NCBI GenBank assembly: GCA_016182555.1
Contig: JACPGJ010000008.1
Span: 92,272-156,271, forward strand
DNA length: 64,000 nt
Direction of reading: 5' to 3'
Source: Candidatus Kerfeldbacteria bacterium
GTDB lineage: Bacteria > Patescibacteriota > Patescibacteriia > UBA9570 > XYC2-FULL-38-9
Positions 20,475 to 29,710 of this stretch are shown here, piece by piece (within the stretch, counting starts at the first letter, position 1; each line of letters begins with the position of its first letter). The position numbers were made by a program, and so were the translations under genes. The notes beneath the pieces were generated by a model. It searched no databases and had not been told where the DNA came from. It worked only from the letters and a program-made list of their open reading frames with translations.

Positions 20475-20900
20475 CTAGAGGCCGGTGCTGCCGAAGCCGC
20501 CTTGTCCTCGTGAGGAAGTATCATCTACATGTTCTACCTCTTCAATCAACGGCTGCTCGATTTTTTGAATAATCATCTGCGCAATTTTTTGGCCAGCGGA
20601 AATGGTCGTTGATTCTGTACTTAAATTGATAAGCACAACCTGCACTTCACCTCGATAACCAGAATCGACCACACCAGCCATCGTTTTCAATCCTTCTTTG
20701 AGTGCTCGCCCACTTTTATCCCAAATCAATCCCGCGTATCCTTCTGGAATATGCATTGCCAAACCGGTTTTTATTGCACACCGTTCGCCGGGAGCGATTT
20801 GGAGTGTCTCTACAGAATACAAATCCATCCCCGCGTCTGTATCGTGGGCAAATTGTGGCAGCACCGCTTCGGGCACTAATTTTTTGATCAACAGTTTCAT
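20475..20900 (-). CDS. dut: dUTP diphosphatase
   Basis: AGMDL, GVVDSGYRGE, RGQGGFGSTG. Confidence 0.97.
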   Translation of the reverse strand: MKLLIKKLVPEAVLPQFAHDTDAGMDLYSVETLQIAPGERCAIKTGLAMHIPEGYAGLIWDKSGRALKEGLKTMAGVVDSGYRGEVQVVLINLSTESTTISAGQKIAQMIIQKIEQPLIEEVEHVDDTSSRGQGGFGSTGL

Positions 20901-21523
20901 AAAATAGTATCAATATATTTGCTTATATCCTCTTGTACTTCTTCCATGCTGCGGTTTGCATCGAACTGCTTCCATGTGGGTTGTTCAGCGGCAAGTTTCT
21001 GGAAATACGCACGCACTTTACGGTGAAATTCCAAAGATTCACTATCAAGACGGTTCATTTCATGTCCTTTCTGGGTATTCTTCCGACCAATGCCTACTTC
21101 CGGGTCTACATCTAAATAGATCACATGATCTGGCGTAAGTTGATGCCGCGCGTAGGCTTCCATTTGAAGAATAAATTCGGCTTGCGGCAGTTCACGTGCA
21201 CCAATTTGATATGCCAAGGTTGAACCGCTAAACCGATCACACAGAACCACCATACCACTTTCAAGTTGCGGTTGAATGAATGACTCCACATGATGCGCGC
21301 GATCTGCAAGAAATAATAAGAGCTCAGCTGTTGCACCTAATTTCTCCGGTTGCTTATCAACAATTAATGAACGAATTTTCTTTCCTATTTCTGTACCACC
21401 AGGTTCGTGAGTGACTAAACACGAAATATTTTTCTGTTTTAAATATTCAGCAGTGAGGCGAATATGCGTAGATTTCCCACTTCCCTCTCCTCCTTCAAAC
21501 ACAATAAATTTTGCTGTATTCAT
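20897..21523 (-). CDS. tmk: Thymidylate kinase
   Basis: FEGGEGSGKST, HEPGGT, CDRF. Confidence 0.97.
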   Translation of the reverse strand: MNTAKFIVFEGGEGSGKSTHIRLTAEYLKQKNISCLVTHEPGGTEIGKKIRSLIVDKQPEKLGATAELLLFLADRAHHVESFIQPQLESGMVVLCDRFSGSTLAYQIGARELPQAEFILQMEAYARHQLTPDHVIYLDVDPEVGIGRKNTQKGHEMNRLDSESLEFHRKVRAYFQKLAAEQPTWKQFDANRSMEEVQEDISKYIDTIL

Positions 21524-21536
21524 ATATGTATATTAT

Positions 21537-21626
21537 GCGAACCTCTCGAGGTGTGTGCTTCTGCTAGCGTCCACCCCTTCGGGGATGGCCGACAAATCGC
21601 AGTTCACACACACCTCTGCGGTTCGC
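21537..21626. repeat. 90-bp palindromic repeat family A, copy 1
   Basis: gcgaacc...gaggtgtgtg...ccaccccttcggggatgg...cacacacctc...ggttcgc; 85/90 identical to 25632-25721. Confidence 0.95.
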
Positions 21627-21632
21627 CAGTAT

Positions 21633-23075
21633 TCATTTACATAGTTGATCATAGGGTAATGGCCTGTCTTGAGTATATTCAATTCCAAGCGTCAACGCAA
21701 TTTCTGCTTTTTGTAATTCAGCACCAAGGTCCATGGCATGAATATAAACAGAAACTGCTTCATTCCGCGCAAGCTCATTAAAAATGCCCATCGCTGTTGT
21801 GCCTGTAATCACATCAATTTTTCGGCCAGAGGGACTCATGTGCGTCACCTGAATTTCTTTGCCAGCAATAACCTTAATCACATAATTTCCCCGAGGGTCT
21901 TGTTCGCAAGGTAACTTTGGGTACCACATCTCCACAATATCTTTGGCTTTATTGATATTTTCTTCATAAATATGGGCTGAATTAGAAACAACAGTGAGCG
22001 AACCCATCGGAAAACCGATCGCATCAGCTATTTCTTTTTGCATCGCACGCAAGGCAAAGGCATTTTCTGGCCATGCGCGGAACATGTCGTTTGAACGGAA
22101 ATAGACTGTTAGATACACTTTGTCGTATTTAATCAAGGCTTGCACAATATCTAAACAGGGTGGGTGTGGCGATTCATTGTCTTGTTCGACATTCCACGTC
22201 ACCGCAACCGCTTGTCGATCCCAGGCCGTTTTTTTCAATTTTTCAATGATCGTGTGCACTTGGTTCACGCCATTGTGGTTTCGTAATCGCATGCCATAGG
22301 TGTATGAAATCGAAGGAATAGGATCAGGAGTCATCACTTGCGGAAGATATCCTTGTAAGTGTTCCCGGGTAAAATCAAAATAATCGGCCCAGATGATATT
22401 GTCTGGATCTTCATCGGTTACCACCGTGACAATATTGAGTAATTCTTTTTGTGTGGTGTTGGTGTGATTTGATTTTTTGGTTTCACCAAAACGAAGTATG
22501 CCATGAAGCACTTTCGGCCAAACATCAGCCACTGTTTTTCCGCGGTAAGTATAACTTGAACCTTCCGATGGATACCAATCTGTAGAAATTTCTGGTTCAG
22601 GGAATACTTGTGATTCAGCCCATGGAATTGGATCTTGTTTATATTTATCAATAATAGGTTGTAATTCTTTTGGTTTCCATGTGCCACGTACATCAACGAT
22701 TTGAACGTTTTTACGGAATAATTCTACGGCATCGCGCGGAATTTCTTTTTCTACCTTTGATTCTTCTTTTCCAATCACTTCCCCTTTTTCGTTGATGCCA
22801 TTGTTGATGAGATTGACGAGTGAATCTGCAGAACCGATTTTGTCTTGACCACAAACAATAATAGTACGAATGGTTGGGTTGGCAAGTACATTACGCAGGA
22901 GTGGGTTAATGCCATCATTAGAATACAGCTGGCCAACGACTTTAAATGTTTCTGGGTTTAAGCGGTTAGCCACCGCTTCTTTTGGAGTCCATAAGGTGGC
23001 CACACCAACGCTGGATTTTTCACTTCCCAAAATGAGATTTTCCGCAAAATACAGCGGCCATTCCTTATGTTCCAT
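21633..23075 (-). CDS. thyA: Three-domain thymidylate synthase: MtrA-like N-domain + ThyA + DUF4346
   Basis: ThyA motifs PPC, FRSND, AWPEN, SAHIY; N-terminal WP...VATL...NVLANPTIRTIIVCG (MtrA-like); C-terminal DPRGNY...HAMDLGAELQKAEIAL...YTQD. ATG 23075 follows TGgTATACT. Confidence 0.85.
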   Translation of the reverse strand: MEHKEWPLYFAENLILGSEKSSVGVATLWTPKEAVANRLNPETFKVVGQLYSNDGINPLLRNVLANPTIRTIIVCGQDKIGSADSLVNLINNGINEKGEVIGKEESKVEKEIPRDAVELFRKNVQIVDVRGTWKPKELQPIIDKYKQDPIPWAESQVFPEPEISTDWYPSEGSSYTYRGKTVADVWPKVLHGILRFGETKKSNHTNTTQKELLNIVTVVTDEDPDNIIWADYFDFTREHLQGYLPQVMTPDPIPSISYTYGMRLRNHNGVNQVHTIIEKLKKTAWDRQAVAVTWNVEQDNESPHPPCLDIVQALIKYDKVYLTVYFRSNDMFRAWPENAFALRAMQKEIADAIGFPMGSLTVVSNSAHIYEENINKAKDIVEMWYPKLPCEQDPRGNYVIKVIAGKEIQVTHMSPSGRKIDVITGTTAMGIFNELARNEAVSVYIHAMDLGAELQKAEIALTLGIEYTQDRPLPYDQLCK

Positions 23076-23364
23076 ACTCCATGAGTATACCAAATCCTAG
23101 GTATAAACTGAAGGGCATATTTTATTGGAAATGAAAAAAACGCGACAGCCTCTTTGGAACAGCTCTAGCTGTTTTCGAATCTGAAACATTGTCTGAATCA
23201 GAACCTGGTGGCTATCATTTCTACTTAACAAAATCCGCATAAAACCTCCGCTTCCGTTTATTTTTCGGTCTAGAACAAACATTTTTAGCTTTGAACGTGA
23301 CAAAAACTAACAAAAATACTGATGAATTGTCAAATATTGCTGTGTATAAGTAAATATTTTGGCT

Positions 23365-23425
23365 AAAAAAAGGACGCGGTTGGCATTGAGATAACTCCCC
23401 GATTTGTCCCAACGCCTTCCGCGTC
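23365..23425 (-). terminator. Terminator-like hairpin after small ORF
   Basis: gacgcgg...ttgg...ccaa-ccgcgtc stem followed by c+T7 on the minus strand; large internal loop. Confidence 0.5.
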
Positions 23426-23431
23426 TGTTTC

Positions 23432-23590
23432 TCACCGTTTCTGCTGCTGAACCGGCTTTCTTTCCGGTTCCTCTTGCTCTTTATGTTCACGAGCAGGCGG
23501 CAAAAACGGATCAAGCCAACCGGAAAGGGCTTCGGTTATACTTATCGGGAGAAAAATCTCTCCCGTGTTCTTTTCTTCTTTTTTCTTCAT
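23432..23590 (-). CDS. Unannotated 52-aa small protein
   Basis: MKKKEEKNTGEIFLPISITEALSGWLDPFLPPAREHKEQEEPERKPVQQQKR*; GGAG upstream; TTGACA at 23677-23672; downstream hairpin and U-tract. Confidence 0.5.
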   Translation of the reverse strand: MKKKEEKNTGEIFLPISITEALSGWLDPFLPPAREHKEQEEPERKPVQQQKR

Positions 23591-23734
23591 ATTTTTCTCC
23601 GCCCCCCGGAGTTGTTATTATAGAAGAACGCCTATCGAACTACGAAAAAACTACACCTTTAACAATGCTGTTGTCAACCTCATCTTGTGTATAAAATCAA
23701 AAACAAGGAGTACAGCTTTATTTCAAGTAAAATT

Positions 23735-24271
23735 TTATACGTTTATTATTTGCCTTATTTGACTATACAAATATTCCAAGGACTGGCTATTTTCAATCAC
23801 CGCAACAGCTTTTTCCTTCAATGAACTAATATTTTGTTCAGTAACTGCACTTTCTTCCACTTGAAACTCTTGAAATGTCATGTTATTCTCCCCTGCTTTT
23901 TCACCACGACCCAGAGCCCGTTCATACCGCAACCGCAAAGGAGCATCAACATAAATTAACGTAAACTCAGGAAGTTGAGAAAAAATTTCCACTTCTTTTG
24001 GCATACGAATACCATCAATGACCGCCAAAGCCGGCTGTGCCCCTTCAATATCTTTTTTCAATACTTGCGCAAAAACATCTTCGCCAAATGCACCGCGCAT
24101 AGCGGTTGCAGCAGCAATAATATTGGCACGCGTTTTTGGTAAATATAATCGATTGGTGATATCCACAATCACGCCAGACATAGAATACACCACAGCTCCT
24201 CGACGTTCTTGCAAGTACTGGGCGATTGTTCCCTTTCCAGATAATTTTGGACCAATTAAACCAATAATCAT
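23735..24271 (-). CDS. P-loop NMP-kinase-like protein (CoaE/UPF0200-like)
   Basis: GPKLSGKGT, IDGIR..EV, YVDAP...RYER; directly follows dCMP deaminase. Confidence 0.8.
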   Translation of the reverse strand: MIIGLIGPKLSGKGTIAQYLQERRGAVVYSMSGVIVDITNRLYLPKTRANIIAAATAMRGAFGEDVFAQVLKKDIEGAQPALAVIDGIRMPKEVEIFSQLPEFTLIYVDAPLRLRYERALGRGEKAGENNMTFQEFQVEESAVTEQNISSLKEKAVAVIENSQSLEYLYSQIRQIINV

Positions 24272-24274
24272 ATA

Positions 24275-24820
24275 TTATTTTTCCACGGAAAAATTTACCG
24301 GCTTACCATATTTATCTTCTACATCGCCGGCAAACATAGTACTCAAAAAATTTCCCCACTCGGTAGATGGCGTATACATGTGCACTTCTAAGCCCGCTTG
24401 GCGTAAATAATCCACAGACTGCGCTCCACGATACAATTTCCAAATGACCACCTTCGCAACGCCTGCAGCCACAATATATTTACAACAATGGATACAAGGC
24501 GCATACAGCATGTACAACGTGGTTCCGCGAGTAGATACGCCACCGATTGCGGCGACTTGTAATAGTGCGTTATGTTCACCATGCACTGTACGCACGCAAT
24601 GACCATCTTCCATTAAATGCCCAACATCATCACAGTGTTCCAAACCAGGCGGCGAACCATTATACCCCGTGGAAACAATCCGTTTATCTTTCACCAGTAC
24701 CGTTCCCGTATGTAAACGGTCACAGGTAGCGCGGGTCGAAACAATTCGGGCAATCGACATAAAATAATCATCCCAGGACGGGCGAACATGTTTCACGACT
24801 TCTGTCATATCGTTTGTCAT
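24275..24820 (-). CDS. dCMP deaminase (ComEB family)
   Basis: RPSWDDYFM, GYNG, HGEHNA, PCIHC. Confidence 0.93.
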   Translation of the reverse strand: MTNDMTEVVKHVRPSWDDYFMSIARIVSTRATCDRLHTGTVLVKDKRIVSTGYNGSPPGLEHCDDVGHLMEDGHCVRTVHGEHNALLQVAAIGGVSTRGTTLYMLYAPCIHCCKYIVAAGVAKVVIWKLYRGAQSVDYLRQAGLEVHMYTPSTEWGNFLSTMFAGDVEDKYGKPVNFSVEK

Positions 24821-24833
24821 ATTTTGATAGTAT

Positions 24834-24872
24834 AAAACAAAAAACGGGGATTGTGAACCCCGCTTCTGTTTT
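24834..24872 (-). terminator. Intrinsic terminator after rplA
   Basis: cgggg-ttcacaat-ccccg followed by ttttttgtttt on the minus strand. Confidence 0.75.
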
Positions 24873-24886
24873 CCACGTATTTTGGG

Positions 24887-25567
24887 TTATTCGATGTTGA
24901 AACGAATGCCCGGCCCCATGCTGGAAGCTAATACACCGGTTTTCATATAAACACCTTTTGCTTCTGCTGGCTTGGCTTTACGAACCGATTCCACACATGC
25001 CATAATATTTTCTTTCAACTGTTCTGCACCAAATGATACTCGACCGATCAACATATGCACATTACCACCGTCGTCACTACGATATGCAACTTTCCCACCC
25101 TTTAATTCCTTCACCATTTTCTTAATATCTGGTCCGACGGTTTCTGTTTTTGGATTTGGCATTAAGCCCTGTTGACCTAAAATTTTTGCAATTTGACCAA
25201 GTTTTTTCATCATATCAGGAGTCGCCACAGCCACATCAAAATTACATTTGCCGGTTTGTTTAATTTCGGCAATCACTTCTTCAGTTCCAATCACATCTGC
25301 ACCGGCTTCACGTGCTTCAGCTTCTTTATCTGCACCAACAAATGCCGCCACCCGTTTTGTTTTACCACTGCCGTTTGGCAACACGACTGTTCCACGAACA
25401 ATCTGTTCAGATTTTTTCGGGTCAATACCTAATTTAACATGTAATTCTACACCCGCATCAAATTTGACCGGATCTTGTTTTACAAATGTCAGCGCTTCAT
25501 CCAGCGTATACACCTGCAATGGTTCAATTTTTTTCACTTGTGATTTGTATCGTTTTGATCGTTTCAT
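24887..25567 (-). CDS. rplA: 50S ribosomal protein L1
   Basis: KFDAGVE, VRGTVVLPNG, GLMPNPK, SSMGPG; start MKRSKRY. Confidence 0.98.
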   Translation of the reverse strand: MKRSKRYKSQVKKIEPLQVYTLDEALTFVKQDPVKFDAGVELHVKLGIDPKKSEQIVRGTVVLPNGSGKTKRVAAFVGADKEAEAREAGADVIGTEEVIAEIKQTGKCNFDVAVATPDMMKKLGQIAKILGQQGLMPNPKTETVGPDIKKMVKELKGGKVAYRSDDGGNVHMLIGRVSFGAEQLKENIMACVESVRKAKPAEAKGVYMKTGVLASSMGPGIRFNIE

Positions 25568-25577
25568 AATGTGTGTT

Positions 25578-25608
25578 GTGGTGCAAGCGAGCATTCATGC
25601 TCTCCCAC
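25578..25608 (-). promoter_or_regulatory. L1-binding autoregulatory leader
   Basis: GTGGGAG-agcatgaatgctc-gcttgc-ACCAC just upstream of rplA matches the L1 site architecture (GUGGGAG...ACCAC with inner stem). Confidence 0.75.
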
Positions 25609-25631
25609 GAGTTATAAATTATTATGGTTTT

Positions 25632-25721
25632 GCAATCCTCTCGAGGTGTGTGCTTCTGCTAGCGTCCACCCCTACGGGGATGGCCGACAAATCGCAGTTC
25701 ACACACACCTCTGCGGATTGC
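25632..25721. repeat. 90-bp palindromic repeat family A, copy 2
   Basis: gcaatcc...ccacccctacggggatgg...ggattgc; abuts the rplK stop codon. Confidence 0.95.
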
Positions 25722-26143
25722 TAGCCTTTCACTTCTAAGCCCATTTGACGAGCGGTTCCTTCAATCATCCGCATTGCTCCTTCAATATCATTCGCGTTCA
25801 AATCCGGCATTTTGATTTCTGCAATTTCACGAATTTGCGCGCGAGTGACTGAACCCACTTTCTGCAATAACGGATTTCCAGAGCCTTTTTGAATCTTTGC
25901 TGCTTTTTTCAATAACTCTGCTGCTGGAGGAGTTTTGATAACAAAATCAAATGTACGGTCATCATACACGTTAATCACCACGGGCAAAATATCGCCGCGC
26001 TTATCTTTGGTTCGTTCGTTATACTGCGTGCAGAAATCTTGAATATTCAAGCCATGCTGACCCAGTGCTGGACCAACTGGAGGTGCGGGATTTGCCGCGC
26101 CAGCTGGAATTTGTAGTTTAATTTGCGTCTTGAGTGTTGCCAT
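25721..26143 (-). CDS. rplK: 50S ribosomal protein L11
   Basis: [30 protein letters not shown]. Confidence 0.98.
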   Translation of the reverse strand: MATLKTQIKLQIPAGAANPAPPVGPALGQHGLNIQDFCTQYNERTKDKRGDILPVVINVYDDRTFDFVIKTPPAAELLKKAAKIQKGSGNPLLQKVGSVTRAQIREIAEIKMPDLNANDIEGAMRMIEGTARQMGLEVKG

Positions 26144-26194
26144 ATAGTTAAAATGTCTCTAGTTAATATCGGAAAAGATATAATGAGAAGCGCA

Positions 26195-26740
26195 TTAAAT
26201 CTTTTTTACCTGTAAAGAATCAAGCTCCACCGGCGTTTCGCGGCCGAACATCGACACCATCACCTTCACCTTACCACGATCGGTATCCACTTCCGAAACT
26301 TTTCCTTCCAATTCTTTGAATGGGCCGTCCACAATGCGTACTGTTTCACCAATTTGTACATCAATCGTGAATGTTGGTTCTTCAATGCCCATGCGGCGTT
26401 CTAACCCTTTCATTTCTTTTTCATCAATCGGTGTTGGCGTGGTGCCGGTACCAATAAACCCGGTCACATTTGGTGTATTACGCACCACGTACCACGAATC
26501 ATCAGTCACCAGCATATTCACTAATACATACCCAGGGAAAATTTTCTCTTCCACTACACGGCGTTTGCCATTTTTGATTTTTATTTTCTTTTCTTTCGGC
26601 ACGAGCACATCAAAAATCTTATCTTCCATGTTCAACGATTCAATACGTTGGCGCAAATTATGCGCCACATTCTCCTCATAACCCGAGTAGGTATGAATCA
26701 CATACCATCGGCGACCCTGTTGTCCAGTCTGTTTTGGCAT
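26195..26740 (-). CDS. nusG: Transcription elongation factor NusG
   Basis: WYVIHTYSGYE, FPGYV, KOW motif, FGRETPVEL. Confidence 0.98.
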   Translation of the reverse strand: MPKQTGQQGRRWYVIHTYSGYEENVAHNLRQRIESLNMEDKIFDVLVPKEKKIKIKNGKRRVVEEKIFPGYVLVNMLVTDDSWYVVRNTPNVTGFIGTGTTPTPIDEKEMKGLERRMGIEEPTFTIDVQIGETVRIVDGPFKELEGKVSEVDTDRGKVKVMVSMFGRETPVELDSLQVKKI

Positions 26741-26743
26741 ACG

Positions 26744-26959
26744 TTATAAAATTATCTCTAATGCTTTATTCAAAATGAAATCGAGAACCCCGAGAAAAAC
26801 AGCAAATACCGCACTGAACCCAATCACGGTCCACGCTTTGCGCCATGTTTCCTCGCGCGATGGCCAGGTGACTTTACGCATTTCAGCGTAAGCCCCTTTA
26901 AAATAGGTGCTCACCGGATTTCCACGGCGTTTTCTCTCTTCTTGTTTTGTCGTACTCAT
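26744..26959 (-). CDS. secE: Preprotein translocase SecE
   Basis: EMRKVTWP plus a single TM; upstream of nusG. Confidence 0.95.
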   Translation of the reverse strand: MSTTKQEERKRRGNPVSTYFKGAYAEMRKVTWPSREETWRKAWTVIGFSAVFAVFLGVLDFILNKALEIIL

Positions 26960-27006
26960 AACGATTTTTCTACTTAAAAAAGCCTCTGCACGGCTTGTTA
27001 TTTATT

Positions 27007-27035
27007 ACTATAATGCATCGCCATATTCTTGTCAA
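27007..27035 (-). promoter_or_regulatory. Sigma70-type promoter of secE-nusG-rplK-rplA
   Basis: TTGACA-17-TATAGT. Confidence 0.8.
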
Positions 27036-27053
27036 ATAGTGTAGTGTTCAACA

Positions 27054-27605
27054 CTACCACGGGGTATCTTTTAACTTCATCCAGAAAGCAATGCGGTTAA
27101 CGGATATATGAAATATCGGCCCGACAGCAATAATCATCAGCCACATCACCGCCGTAAAACGAACATACACACTGGCCACAATACTGGCTCCAAGCAAAAA
27201 ATCAATTTGGTCAAATGGAAACCAGGTCGCACCAGAAGCAATGTGCACGCGACGTTTAAAAAATGATTTAATTAAATCCCCAAGTATTGCCCCAGCAGCA
27301 AAGGCGAACCCAAACCACAAAGGAAAAAGGTTCATGGCAAACGGAGAGAAGTTCGAAAATACGTCAACGTGCAGTGAAAGATAGCGTTCAAACTCAAACA
27401 TCAACCCACCAGCGATGGTGGCCACAATTAACCCACGCCATGTTTTATGGTCACCAAATAGTGGTTGTCCGCGAAAGTGACGCCCACCGTCTACCGGCCT
27501 TGCCAGTGAATGAAAGTGATTTCTCAAAAGCACAGGTGCCATATTCGCTACCCCGGCTGGCAAGAAAAAATAGACCAGTTTACCAAGAAGAATAATCGTG
27601 CTCAC
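27054..27605 (-). CDS. CDP-archaeol synthase (CarS)-like CTP transferase
   Basis: LPAGVANMAP, PVDGG, GDHKTWRG, GDLIKSFFKRR, DQID. Confidence 0.85.
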   Translation of the reverse strand: MSTIILLGKLVYFFLPAGVANMAPVLLRNHFHSLARPVDGGRHFRGQPLFGDHKTWRGLIVATIAGGLMFEFERYLSLHVDVFSNFSPFAMNLFPLWFGFAFAAGAILGDLIKSFFKRRVHIASGATWFPFDQIDFLLGASIVASVYVRFTAVMWLMIIAVGPIFHISVNRIAFWMKLKDTPW

Positions 27606-27608
27606 ATG

Positions 27609-29648
<2,040 letters not shown>

Positions 29649-29710
29649 CTAAAATCAGAGTATTATAAACATGCGTATTATAACAGGTTATACGAGTAGG
29701 CGCAAGAAAA

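Noticed and set aside
21411-21781. Plus-strand ORFs containing LSRCVLLLASTP, repeated at 25248-25724
   Set aside because: Translations of repeat A antisense to real genes; the substitution pattern conserves base pairing.
20475-24820. Prophage or DNA hypermodification locus
   Set aside because: No phage structural or integrase genes; the ThyA keeps the dUMP-specific Asn and is flanked by housekeeping genes.
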